From a bacterium (GTDB lineage Bacteria; Hinthialibacterota; Hinthialibacteria; Hinthialibacterales; Hinthialibacteraceae), in assembly GCA_963663405.2 (NCBI GenBank), contig CAXXSM010000025.1, forward strand, positions 36,347 to 100,346: DNA of 64,000 bases, given 5' to 3'. The notes under the pieces were generated by a model. The model was given only the letters and a program-made list of their open reading frames with translations. It was not told where the DNA came from and made no database searches. The translations under genes were made by a program, and so were the position numbers. This document shows, piece by piece, positions 18,848 through 28,876 of this stretch. Positions within the stretch are counted from its first letter, which is position 1. The number at the start of each line of letters is the position of its first letter.

Positions 18848-19924
18848 ATGAGTAAAACATTAGTTCGTTCCCGCGCGCCGGTTCGCATCGACTTCGCCGG
18901 TGGTTGGACCGATGTTGCAGAATTCTGTCAGAACACACCGGGATATGTTGTTAATGCGGGGATAAATATTTATTCGTTTGTCACAATTACGGAAGATTCG
19001 ATCCTGGATAATAAGGGCATTCTACCATTACGGGAACGAAGATCCGATCCCAAAAAGGGGATTACACTCTACTCCAGCGATTTCGATTCCTATGCGCAGG
19101 CGGAAACATTCCGGGAATTTGAATACGATGGAAACATCGATCTCGTCAAAGCCGCAGTGCGTCGGCGGGGGGTGGAAAAAGGATTTACACTGATCACTCA
19201 ATCCATCGCGCCTCCCGGCAGTGGACTGGGCACATCCGCATCAATGGGAGTCGCCCTTCTCGCCGCTTTAAACCGGTACACGGGACGGCACAGCCTCGCG
19301 TACGAACTGGCGGAGGAAGCAAGCTCCATTGAACGGGAAGAATTGAATATCCTGGGTGGCAAACAGGATCACTATGCGGGCGCTCTTGGTGGAATATCGT
19401 TTATGGAATTCCGCGGAGAAGAAGTACGCTCTTCCAGCCTGGATGTTTCCCGCGCGGTTGTTCTGGAATTAGAGAAAAACCTGGTTCTCTGTTACACCGG
19501 AAAATCGCGTCTTTCAGGCGAAGTGCATGCGCGAGTACAGGAACGGTTTAAAAACAACGATCCCAACACCGTCGGCGCGATCGAAGAGATGAAAGAAATC
19601 GCCGCGTCGATGAAAGACGCTCTCCTCGATGAAAACGTAGACGCTTTTGGCAAACTGCTGAACCGCAATTGGAAATGCCAGAAAAGCCTTCATCCATCCG
19701 TCACGAACGATCAAATTGAATCCATCTTCCAAACCGCCTTGGACAACGGCGCGATTGGCGGGAAAGCGTGCGGCGCCGGGGGCGGCGGCTGTATTCTTTT
19801 CTATTGCCGGCCAGAGCGCGAACATCAAGTGCGCCGGGCGATTCAGAACGAAGGCGCAGATATCATTGACTTTAACATCGATTTCTTTGGCGCGGAGAGC
19901 TGGACCGTGCAGGAGCATGATTGA
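18848..19924 (+). CDS. GHMP kinase, HddA-like (heptose-7-phosphate kinase family)
   Basis: APVRIDFAGGWTD, PPGSGLGTS, GGKQDHY, GKACGAGGGG. Confidence 0.85.
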   Translation: MSKTLVRSRAPVRIDFAGGWTDVAEFCQNTPGYVVNAGINIYSFVTITEDSILDNKGILPLRERRSDPKKGITLYSSDFDSYAQAETFREFEYDGNIDLVKAAVRRRGVEKGFTLITQSIAPPGSGLGTSASMGVALLAALNRYTGRHSLAYELAEEASSIEREELNILGGKQDHYAGALGGISFMEFRGEEVRSSSLDVSRAVVLELEKNLVLCYTGKSRLSGEVHARVQERFKNNDPNTVGAIEEMKEIAASMKDALLDENVDAFGKLLNRNWKCQKSLHPSVTNDQIESIFQTALDNGAIGGKACGAGGGGCILFYCRPEREHQVRRAIQNEGADIIDFNIDFFGAESWTVQEHD

Positions 19925-19928
19925 CGGA

Positions 19929-20666
19929 CTACTTCGCATTCCTGCGTGGTTTTATAGTATAGAGGATAAACTGGAGATTCCCGATCAGATACCGCTTCCA
20001 TAACCGGCGTGGTTCTAAATAGAGACGGTGCAGCCATTCCAATCCTATCCGGCGCATCCATACCGGCGCTCGCCGGTTTTTTCCTGAATAAAAATCAAAC
20101 AAACCTCCCACGCCCATCGCTGCTTTCACATTACACGATTCGAGATGTTTGGCGATCCATAATTCTTGACGCGGAACGCCCATCGCGATAAGCAGCAGAT
20201 CCGTTTTGGATTCGCGGATGCGCTCTAGGATCTGTGTGGTTTCCTCTGGTTGAAAAAAACCATGCTGTGTTCCACAGAAGGTCAATCCAGGATATTTCAT
20301 TTCCATTTGCTGTTTCATTTCATCCGCGATTCCTGGTTCACCGCCGAGGAGAAAGATTCTTTTGCCTGTTCGTTGCAACGCTTCGCAAAGACGGGGAAAC
20401 AGATCGGTTCCATTGACGTTATCCACGAGAGGCGTTCCCTGCCAACTCGCCGCCAACCGCACGCCGATTCCATCACCGAATACATACGTTGCGTTCCGCA
20501 GCGCATCACGGTAGGCCGTATTTTCCCGCGCAATGTTAACGCAGTGCGCGTTCAAGAAAAAGATCGCTGAAGGTGTTTCCCCCTCTAGACATTCGAGCGC
20601 GATATCAACCGCCTGTTCCAATGTCACATTGCATAGAGGAATCTTAAATAGTGTGACTGTGTTCAT
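19929..20666 (-). CDS. WecB/TagA/CpsF family glycosyltransferase
   Basis: FLNAH, DGIGV, VNGTD, MGVPRQE, GVGGLFDF, EWLHRL.LEPRRLWKRY. Confidence 0.93.
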   Translation of the reverse strand: MNTVTLFKIPLCNVTLEQAVDIALECLEGETPSAIFFLNAHCVNIARENTAYRDALRNATYVFGDGIGVRLAASWQGTPLVDNVNGTDLFPRLCEALQRTGKRIFLLGGEPGIADEMKQQMEMKYPGLTFCGTQHGFFQPEETTQILERIRESKTDLLLIAMGVPRQELWIAKHLESCNVKAAMGVGGLFDFYSGKNRRAPVWMRRIGLEWLHRLYLEPRRLWKRYLIGNLQFILYTIKPRRNAK

Positions 20667-21865
20667 GATGATGGGTGAAGATTCCTTAACGTATTGAACA
20701 GGATAGAGACCGCGGCGCCTGGCTGATGCGGTTCAACCGCCTTCACGCATTGTTCCCCTGCATAGCGTATTGGATTTCGTAAGACTTCACAGGTTGTATC
20801 CGCGATGGACGCAGGGGAATAGTCCGTCACAATCTCACCGGTTTCGCCGGGTATAATCATTGAAGCTACCTCACCCGTGTCTGTTGAGACAACCGGCAGC
20901 CCACAGGCCAGCGCTTCTAAAATAATGATAGGCATTCCTTCAAAACGCGAAGTGAGAAGCAGCAAGCGGCTGATCCGCATGAGATCAGCCAAATCATTAG
21001 GGGGCTGTTTCCCCAAATAATGTACATAGTGATCGATTGCCAGCCGTTGAATTCGCTCTTTCATCTGGGGCCACAATCCTCCTTCCCCAACGAGAAGAAG
21101 CCGCGCGTCTGGTTCCTGTTTCACGATCAATGCGAACGACTCAAGCGCGAGCAAAGGATCTTTCTGCTTTTCAAAACGTCCGGCGAAGAGGATACATTTT
21201 AATTTTGGATCGAGGCGCCATCGCTCGTTGAAGTCATGAAGAATATTCGATCGTGTTTCTAAAGACACGGGAAAGAACACTTCTGGATTGTACCAGGTCG
21301 GCAGAAAAGAGATGGTGTCTTTTTTGGATGGATATTGGTGTTTGAGAAATTCGCTTCCCTCCCGGTTGACGACGTAAATCTGATGGGCTTTCGTGACAGC
21401 TCGCGCTTCCACCCAGCGGTACACCCAAGGAATGTGACGCCACCGCACCTCCGAATACTGTCCGGTCATCTCCCGTGGATCTCCATGAATGAATAGCGCG
21501 TTGGCGAGTGAATCCGGCGGCCCAACGGCCAACGGTTCTACGCGGTGGTAGAGAACGACTGCGTCTGTAAGAGAAAGCCTCCGCCTTTGCAACGCGATTG
21601 AAAAACGAAGGAACAGCGGAATTCGTCTCCGCCGATTAGGATCGTCTTCTTCCATGATAGGGAAGAACGAAACGGTTTTCCCTTCAAATGATAGATCATG
21701 CCATTCTCCGGATGGACGGGAACTTGAATCTTCCGTAACGCCAATGACTGAGAGGCGGTCTTCGGCGGGCGCGTATTGAAGTGTGGACCGGATCAAGGTT
21801 TCGATCCCGCCGATTTTAGTTCCCCACGGATCAAACGGGTGAACGGTTGCGATATGATAGGTCAT
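20663..21865 (-). CDS. GT4 glycosyltransferase
   Basis: FAGRFEKQKD, TSRFEGMPIIILEALACGLPVVST. Confidence 0.9.
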   Translation of the reverse strand: MTYHIATVHPFDPWGTKIGGIETLIRSTLQYAPAEDRLSVIGVTEDSSSRPSGEWHDLSFEGKTVSFFPIMEEDDPNRRRRIPLFLRFSIALQRRRLSLTDAVVLYHRVEPLAVGPPDSLANALFIHGDPREMTGQYSEVRWRHIPWVYRWVEARAVTKAHQIYVVNREGSEFLKHQYPSKKDTISFLPTWYNPEVFFPVSLETRSNILHDFNERWRLDPKLKCILFAGRFEKQKDPLLALESFALIVKQEPDARLLLVGEGGLWPQMKERIQRLAIDHYVHYLGKQPPNDLADLMRISRLLLLTSRFEGMPIIILEALACGLPVVSTDTGEVASMIIPGETGEIVTDYSPASIADTTCEVLRNPIRYAGEQCVKAVEPHQPGAAVSILFNTLRNLHPSS

Positions 21866-23131
21866 GAAGGAGCCTCAACCGGCGGCGGTTCTCGTTGATC
21901 TTTATAACATGCGGCGGCGGCGAAGACCGCCCATAGGCAATACTGATAGGCGGTTGCGGTGATTAGATTGTCATTGAAACTCCCCGCGATCCAAGACGCG
22001 TAGATCGCTAAAGTCACTAGAATAAAATGACGCGCTGTTGGATCACCCATGCGCCGGAACGCTTTCCATAAAATGACGCCTACTCCAACAACCAACGCTA
22101 AAAATAGTGGCAGCCCCACGGCTCCCGTCTCCGTCAAGTACCGGACGTAATCATTATGTGGATCGGAACCAACTCCCCGTGGATTCAGCATGGGATTCAC
22201 GCGCGGACAGCTGGCAAGCCCATGACCAAACCAAGGGCTTTCAAGCCATGTTCGATATAAAAACCGCCAGTTCAACAATCGCCATGTTAAGGAAGAGGTC
22301 TCCCGGCCTGTGCGCTCGATCTCATCCAACCGGTCGACGCTGGCTACTTCGAGAATGCGCTGACGGCCTGTGGAGGTTGATAAGAAACCGATGATAAAGA
22401 GCAATAATGCCGCGAATACGATACGGCGGATGGTCTTGTTCTCTCCAATGGCGCAGATCAGAACAAGAATACCGAACATCCCGGCGCCGGTGAAACTGTA
22501 TGTCGCTAACAAAAGAATAAACAAAGCGATCAGCGGCAAATGTCCAGGACGCCTTCCGATCCGTCCAACGCCACTGCCAATAAGCCAATCCGATCAGCAG
22601 GACGATATAAAACGAAAACGGATTCGGATGTACAAAGGTTCCCATGATCCGGTGGGCATCTTTGATCATAGCGCCTTGGTGAAAGGCGATCTGGTATACG
22701 CCCACGATCGCAGGGACGATCGCGGAGATCAATATATAATTGAGAATCGTCTTCACCTGTCCCCGGTCAGCAAGTGATGAGAGAATGATGACGATCGGGA
22801 GATACGAAAAAAGCCGGATCCATTCCCGCGCCCCGGCGATGCGTTCTGTCCCATGCTGGATCACGGGAAGAAACGCCCAGGGAGCCAGCAGGAAAATCCA
22901 TGCGCCAAGCAGCAGTGTAAGTGGGGCCAACAACGCGCGCTTCCGTGTCTCGTTATCAACGGCCGCAATCCAAATCGCTCCACCTGCGATCAAGAATAAA
23001 CTCAACAGCGAGGCGGGATTGAATTTCAACGCGCCCAAACCCGCCATGTTTGTCAATAAATCCAGCGAAGGGCGAATGGCCAGCAAAATGAGGATCGTTT
23101 TTTCGATTGTCCGGCAAAGGCTGGTTTTCAT
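21862..23131 (-). CDS. O-antigen ligase/polymerase (Wzy_C) family membrane protein (one indel near 22540)
   Basis: Pieces 22322..23131 and 21862..22539; RIMGTFVHPN, SLTWR..NW, PWFGHG, PHNDY. Confidence 0.85.
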
Positions 23132-24280
23132 AGCAGTTCCCTCAAGATCGCTTCCGCTTTCTCGACAGTGATCTCTCGTGGATTGCCGGACATGCTGTTT
23201 CCCATTGACATTTTCGCTAGAAGCGGGATTTCTTCGGTTTGAATCGGAAGCGTCTTCAGATCGGATGGTATGTTAAATTCCCGTGTCAACGCTTCTACTT
23301 CATATATCACCCGGTTGGCTAGTTCTTCCAGTGTAAGTTCGTCTCCGGGCGTCAGGAACTTTCCAATCCGCGCTAGTTTCTCTAGAGACACGTCCCGGTT
23401 GTATTGCATCGCATAGGGCAGAAGAATCGCGCAGGCTTTCCCATGTGGGATATCGTAGAGCGCGCCGAGTCCGGCGGCGAATCCATGCGCCATACCTAAG
23501 CCCGCGTTAGCTAGACATACACCACTCAAAGCGCTGGCGAGCGACATCTCTTCACGCCGTTCCAGATCGGAGCTGTTTGTATAAACGCCACGGATCGAGC
23601 GGAGCGCCATCTCAATCCCACACAGCGCAAGCGCATCCGTAAGAGGGGCGCTTTTGCGGGAGAGGTAGGATTCTATCAATTGGGTTATGGCGTCCATCCC
23701 GCTGAAGGCAGTTTGCTGGGGGGGAAGGGAAACTGTCAATTCGGCGTCGAGAATCGCGGCGGATGGATAGAGATAGGGGCTGCGGAAACTTTTTTTTGAA
23801 CCGCCCTTCTGTCGATCGAATCACGGCGTTGCGAGTCATTTCCGCGCCCGTTCCCGCCGTAGTGGGGATCGCAATATGAGGAAGCGCTGGTTTTGTGACG
23901 GGCCTGCCGCTCCCCACACCCTCCAAGTAATCTTCAATCCCCACACCGTTCGTTACTAAGCCCGCCACGGCTTTCGCGAGATCGATCACCGATCCCCCGC
24001 CAAGAGAGACCACTGCGGAGCAACCCGCTTGCAGAGCTACTTCCGCCGCTTGATCTGTCATGGAGACGGTTGGCTCGCCCGGTGGTTTGATATAAGGAAC
24101 AGGATCTTTCTGATGGGATTGGAGAACTTTGCAAAGCCGTTCCAAAATTCCACTCGTTTCCGCCGACCTCCCAGCAACGACGAAAACCTTTTTACCCGCG
24201 CCCTCCAAAAGCCCGCCGGCTTCCGCGATCTTCCCCCGGCCCACAATCAACCGCGTTGGCGAATAATATTGAAAATCCAT
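23128..24280 (-). CDS. Iron-containing alcohol dehydrogenase (one indel in a T-run near 23790)
   Basis: GGGSVIDLAK, IPTTAGTGAEMT, GMDAITQLIE, GMAHG, IPHG. Confidence 0.9.
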
Positions 24281-24739
24281 CGGTCATTGATCCTCTGCAT
24301 GAATTCATTCTTCCATTCTATTCTCTATGAATCGGAGGGAATAGAAAAGATGGAAGCGCCAGGAATCTGAATTTATGATTTGATTAGGATTCTCTTTCGC
24401 TTTAAAATAACTTGGGTTCTATACAAAAATATTTGGGCCTTTCTTTTTTGAATCTAGATTTTTGCGCCTCATTCCTTTAAATTACAACAGACTCGGAGTT
24501 ACGCGGATTTCACAGGATATTATCCTTGGTTATCATACTTTTTCAGTGGAATCCGTGATGCAAAAAGGTCAGAACATATTTTGTAAACCCTGTGTCTCAT
24601 GACGGTTCCGGTCAACGAGGAGAGCCGATTTCGGCATTATTCATTTTTTATTCCCTCGAACCGGAAGCGGATTCTCCCAGCGAAGCGCGCGCAGGGGAAT
24701 CGCCTTCTTCATTCACCTAGGAAAGGAGGTGAAACCAAA

Positions 24740-25348
24740 ATGAAGAGACACAGTGGGTTTACATTAATCGAACTGCTTATAGTCGCCGCGATTATAGGAA
24801 TTCTGACAGCGGTTGCTTTACCGAATTTCTTAAACGCGCAAATCCGGGCGAAAACCACCTGCGCTGAAACGGAAATCAAGAACATCAGGGCGGCGTTGGA
24901 ATCGTTTTTCATTGATCATGGCTCTTATCCACCGATGGATACCGACCGCCGCAGAAGCCGAATGCATATTGGATGCGAAAGGTCTTTCTGTGGCTGCGCG
25001 ATCATCAATAAGGCGTACCTTATGACTGATGTGCGGGGAGAACGAATCTATTTAACAACGCCAGTTGCGTATATATCATCGCTGCCAAATGATCCCTTCC
25101 GGCCTGATTGTGGATATGGTTACGGCTCGAATGGTCAGAGTTACTACATTCTGACCAGTTGGGGACCGGATATGCAGGATGGCGCCGGAGAGGAACTGAA
25201 CGAGCGCGAATACACCGGCGCCAGTTTCGGAGACCATGAAGAGGCCATTGTTCGAACGCCGTCGTTTACACTTACTTTTTCACAAGCGTTATACAATCCC
25301 TCAAATGGAACCAGTAGCGCAGGTGACATCATTCGAGCCGGTCCATAA
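24740..25348 (+). CDS. Prepilin-type N-methylation protein (GspG/pseudopilin-like)
   Basis: GAAAGGAGG RBS; G|FTLIELLIVAAIIGIL; LPNDPF; SWGPD; C-terminal YNPSNGTSSAGDI. Confidence 0.9.
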   Translation: MKRHSGFTLIELLIVAAIIGILTAVALPNFLNAQIRAKTTCAETEIKNIRAALESFFIDHGSYPPMDTDRRRSRMHIGCERSFCGCAIINKAYLMTDVRGERIYLTTPVAYISSLPNDPFRPDCGYGYGSNGQSYYILTSWGPDMQDGAGEELNEREYTGASFGDHEEAIVRTPSFTLTFSQALYNPSNGTSSAGDIIRAGP

Positions 25349-25593
25349 GACGGAGTAACCAGATGAATTGAAAAAGGATTACCGTGATGGGGGAGATTTC
25401 TTCCCCCATCTTTCATTCTCTCTTCCGTAAGTCTCCGCATACGATCTTTCCGCTCTCCGATCATTTTAATCCGCCATCGGCATTGAGCGAATATTCTCTC
25501 TTCGTTAAGATATCGTTACCCTATTATTCTATGGTAATTTAAGAAACGGATGGGACGGCTGTCCGTTTGACTATACCAGGATGGAGAAAACCA

Positions 25594-26708
25594 ATGGCTT
25601 CCAAAGATGAACTCAAACCAATGATAGAGCGCCCCATCTACCTGGCGCCGAACACGTATCTGCATTTTTACAACGGCGGAAAACTGCGCGCCAAATTTAT
25701 GGGAGAACCGGATCCCCAAGACGATTTCCGGTCTGAAGAATGGATCTTCTCAACCAACCGGGCGGTCACGCCGGGACGGGACAATCCAGTCGATAAAGGG
25801 CAAAGCCGGGTTGAATTACCCAGCGGGGAAATTATTTTACTTCAAGATATTCTTAAAAGTTTTCCGGAAGAGACACTCGGCGCAAAACACTTTGAGAAAT
25901 ACGGACCTTACCTCGGTGTCTTATTTAAAATCTTTGACGTAGGCGACAATGCGCATATTCCCGTTCACTGGCACCCCTCCCCGGCGTTTTCATCCAAATA
26001 CCTGAATTCCCCCTTTGGAAAGAATGAAGCCTGGATCGTGATTGACACTCGTCCAGGCGCCAAAGCATGGGTAGGTTTTAAGGAAGACATCGACAAAGAA
26101 GATTTCAAAAAATGGATGTACGCGCAGGATGTCGAAGAGATGCGCAAACACATGCATGTGATCGAACCGAAACCGCGCGATGTGATCTATCTCAATGATG
26201 GCTGGGTTCACTCTCTCGGCGCGGGACTCTGTATTCTCGAACCCCAGGAACCGACCGATTGGAATATCCTCGCGGAATGGAAGAATATCCCTATGAAAAA
26301 GAAGACGCCGCCTGCGGGCTGGATTGGGACACCGGACTGGAAGCCGCCCGCTTTGAAAAAATGCCGGAAGATTATCTAAATAATTTTGTCAAACGCACTC
26401 CTAAAGTGATTCGCGAACAGAACGGCAGTGTAGAAGAGCAGTTGGTTCCCGATGAAGCGAAAAAATACTTCTGGGTGACACGGCTGATCGTTGGTTCTGA
26501 GTTGGATATGCCGGAAGGTCAGGGATTCCACTGCCTCGCGCCACTGCAGGGAGAAGGTATCATTCGCGGCCCGTTCGGCGATGTAGAAATTCGCAAAAGC
26601 CGGTCGGTCTTTATGCCCACCAGCCTGCCGGGATACAAGATTATCAATACAAGCGCGAGTGGTGAAAAACTTGAAATCATCACTTGCTATCCACCGGAAT
26701 TGGCGTAA
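25594..26708 (+). CDS. Class I mannose-6-phosphate isomerase-like cupin (one indel near 26280)
   Basis: Pieces 25567..26379 and 26259..26708; SEEW, PVHWHP, GKNEAW, VHSLGAG, EPQEPTD. Confidence 0.82.
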
Positions 26709-26774
26709 ACGTTTCACGAACACTTAACCAACGGCACTGATAAACAATCTACGCATAGGAAGGATGGAACGATT

Positions 26775-27683
26775 ATGGTGAAGAAACTCTCTATTGGCTC
26801 GTGGGCGTATGCGTTCGGACCGTATGAATCCAACCCGATTCCTTTTGATAAAGTCGTCCGTCAATTAGGGGCGTATGGATTTGATGGAGTCGAGATCGGC
26901 GCGTTCCGGCCTCATATTCATCCTGAAGATTATCCCATGAAAGCCGACCGGGATAAAATCAAGAATCTGATCCGCGCCAACGGCCTCGAAGTGTCAGGCC
27001 TCGCCGCTGATTTCTGGGGCTCGCCCGGTCCGGCGACGGATGAAGCGCAGGTAAACGATCTTTACTTCAATCTCTTTAAGAAAAACATTCAACTTTGTCT
27101 CGATCTGGGCTCCCCTGTCATCCGGGTGGATACCGTCAGCCCGCCCGAAGGCGTTCCCGGCGTAGACCGGCAGGCCGCCTGGGACAGAATCGTAAAACTC
27201 TGGCGCCAGTGCGCGGGGATCGCGGAAGACAATGGAATCCGGATGTGCTGGGAATTCGAACCGGGCTTTATCTTTAATAAACCAAGTGAAGTGGTTCAAC
27301 TCGTGAAAGAGGTCGATCATCCAAACTTCTCCACGATGTTTGACACTTGCCACGCCTATATGTGCGCGGTCGTGGGGTCACGTCAACATGGGTCTCAAGA
27401 AATCCTTCCCGGCGGCGTCGCCGAGTTTGCTAAGATGCTGAAAGGTCACATCGGTCACGTGCACCTGATCGATTCCGACGGCACGCTTCACAACGATGAA
27501 ACCAGCACCCACCGCCCCTTTGGTGAAGGCAAAATCGATTTCGATGAAGTAATCCCCACCCTGATTGATGACGGTGAATTCACCGGGGACTGGTTCACGA
27601 TCGATCTCTGTTTCTGGCCCGAAGCGTGGGATGTCACTCGTAACGCGCAGAAGTTCCTGAAACCGTACCTGGAAAAATTTTAA
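26775..27683 (+). CDS. Sugar phosphate isomerase/epimerase (xylose-isomerase-like TIM barrel)
   Basis: GFDGVEI, WEFEP, FDTCH, HVHLIDS, GEGKIDF. Confidence 0.88.
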   Translation: MVKKLSIGSWAYAFGPYESNPIPFDKVVRQLGAYGFDGVEIGAFRPHIHPEDYPMKADRDKIKNLIRANGLEVSGLAADFWGSPGPATDEAQVNDLYFNLFKKNIQLCLDLGSPVIRVDTVSPPEGVPGVDRQAAWDRIVKLWRQCAGIAEDNGIRMCWEFEPGFIFNKPSEVVQLVKEVDHPNFSTMFDTCHAYMCAVVGSRQHGSQEILPGGVAEFAKMLKGHIGHVHLIDSDGTLHNDETSTHRPFGEGKIDFDEVIPTLIDDGEFTGDWFTIDLCFWPEAWDVTRNAQKFLKPYLEKF

Positions 27684-27715
27684 TCTTTCGATAATGGCAT
27701 TGAGGAGAGAAGACT

Positions 27716-28793
27716 ATGACAGCGAAAATGACCGCTCAAGTGTTTTATGAGCCGGAAAAAATGGAACTCAAAAGCGTGGATATTCCCGCGCTGGGACCGG
27801 ATCAGATCCTCGTCAAGGTGAAAGCGTGCGGGATCTGCGGCTCAGATGTCGCTTATTACTATGGGATGAGTTCTCTCGAAACCCCCGATGGAAAAGGGCC
27901 GCTGATTCTCGGCCATGAATTCTGCGGTGTGGTTGAAGACGTAGGCGCGATTCCGGAAAAACTGGGATTATTCCAAAAGGGCGACCGCGTTGTGCTTGAT
28001 CCCGTGCAGTATTGCAACGCGTGTGAGATCTGCAAACGGGGCATGCCCAATCTGTGCGAGAAAAAAGCCGTACTCGGTGTGTCAACCGATGGTGGATTCG
28101 CCGAATACTGCGTTTCCCACTACACCGGCGTTCACAAGATTCCTGACAATGTCACATTCGATCAAGCCGCGCTGACCGAACCTCTCGCCTGCGCAACCTA
28201 TGGTGTGCAGAACATGCAGATTCATGTAGGCGATGTCGCCGTCGTCTTTGGATCGGGCGTAATCGGCGGAATGATGCTTCAGTTAATCAAAGCGAGCGGC
28301 GCGGGGAAAGTTGTCATGGTCGAGACCCTCGACTACCGTCTCGAAATCGCCAAAGAAGGTTGGCGCTGATTACCTCTTTAACGTAAGTGATAAAGATTCC
28401 CCCTATTACACAGCCGATTTGAAAAAGGCTATCGAAGAGATCACAGATGGAAAATTCGCCGACGCGGCGATCTGCGCCACCGGCGCGGTTCCAGCGATGG
28501 AGCAAGCGCTGGATATCACCGGACGGCGCGCTCGGATCGTCTATTTCGGTCTCCCGGCGGATGACGCGCGAGTGCGTGTGCCCGCGCTGCAATCCATTCT
28601 GTGGGACAAGACGATCCGCTTCTCATGGCTGGCTCCGCTTACTTGGCCGACTGCTCTCCAAGCTATCTCAAGCGGTCTGGTCGACGCGGATATGCTCCAC
28701 ACCCACGATTTCCCATTGGATAAACTGATCGACGCGCTCGCCGCCGCGAAAAACCAGATCAACAATCCAATCAAAATCCTCGTGAAACCATAG
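27716..28793 (+). CDS. Zn-dependent (sorbitol/threonine dehydrogenase-like) dehydrogenase (one indel near 28355)
   Basis: CGICGSD, GHEFCG, CNACEIC...C, EPLAC, G.G.IG. Confidence 0.9.
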
Positions 28794-28817
28794 GATTATT
28801 AATTTCACTAGCAATAT

Positions 28818-28858
28818 AATCGCGGGATTGAATTGACAATTCATCCCGCGATTTTTTT
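28818..28858 (+). terminator. Intrinsic terminator between convergent genes
   Basis: AATCGCGGGA...TCCCGCGATT stem followed by a T-tract. Confidence 0.8.
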
Positions 28859-28876
28859 CGTATATTGATCCGAGAA

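Noticed and set aside
19890-19924. W-motif in the GHMP kinase tail (AESWTVQEHD)
   Set aside because: Cytoplasmic enzyme, no aromatic at +3, and a C-terminal Trp is common in HddA-like kinases.
23780-23800. Programmed ribosomal frameshift or phase variation in Fe-ADH
   Set aside because: Indels occur throughout the window in unrelated genes, so sequencing error is the simpler explanation.
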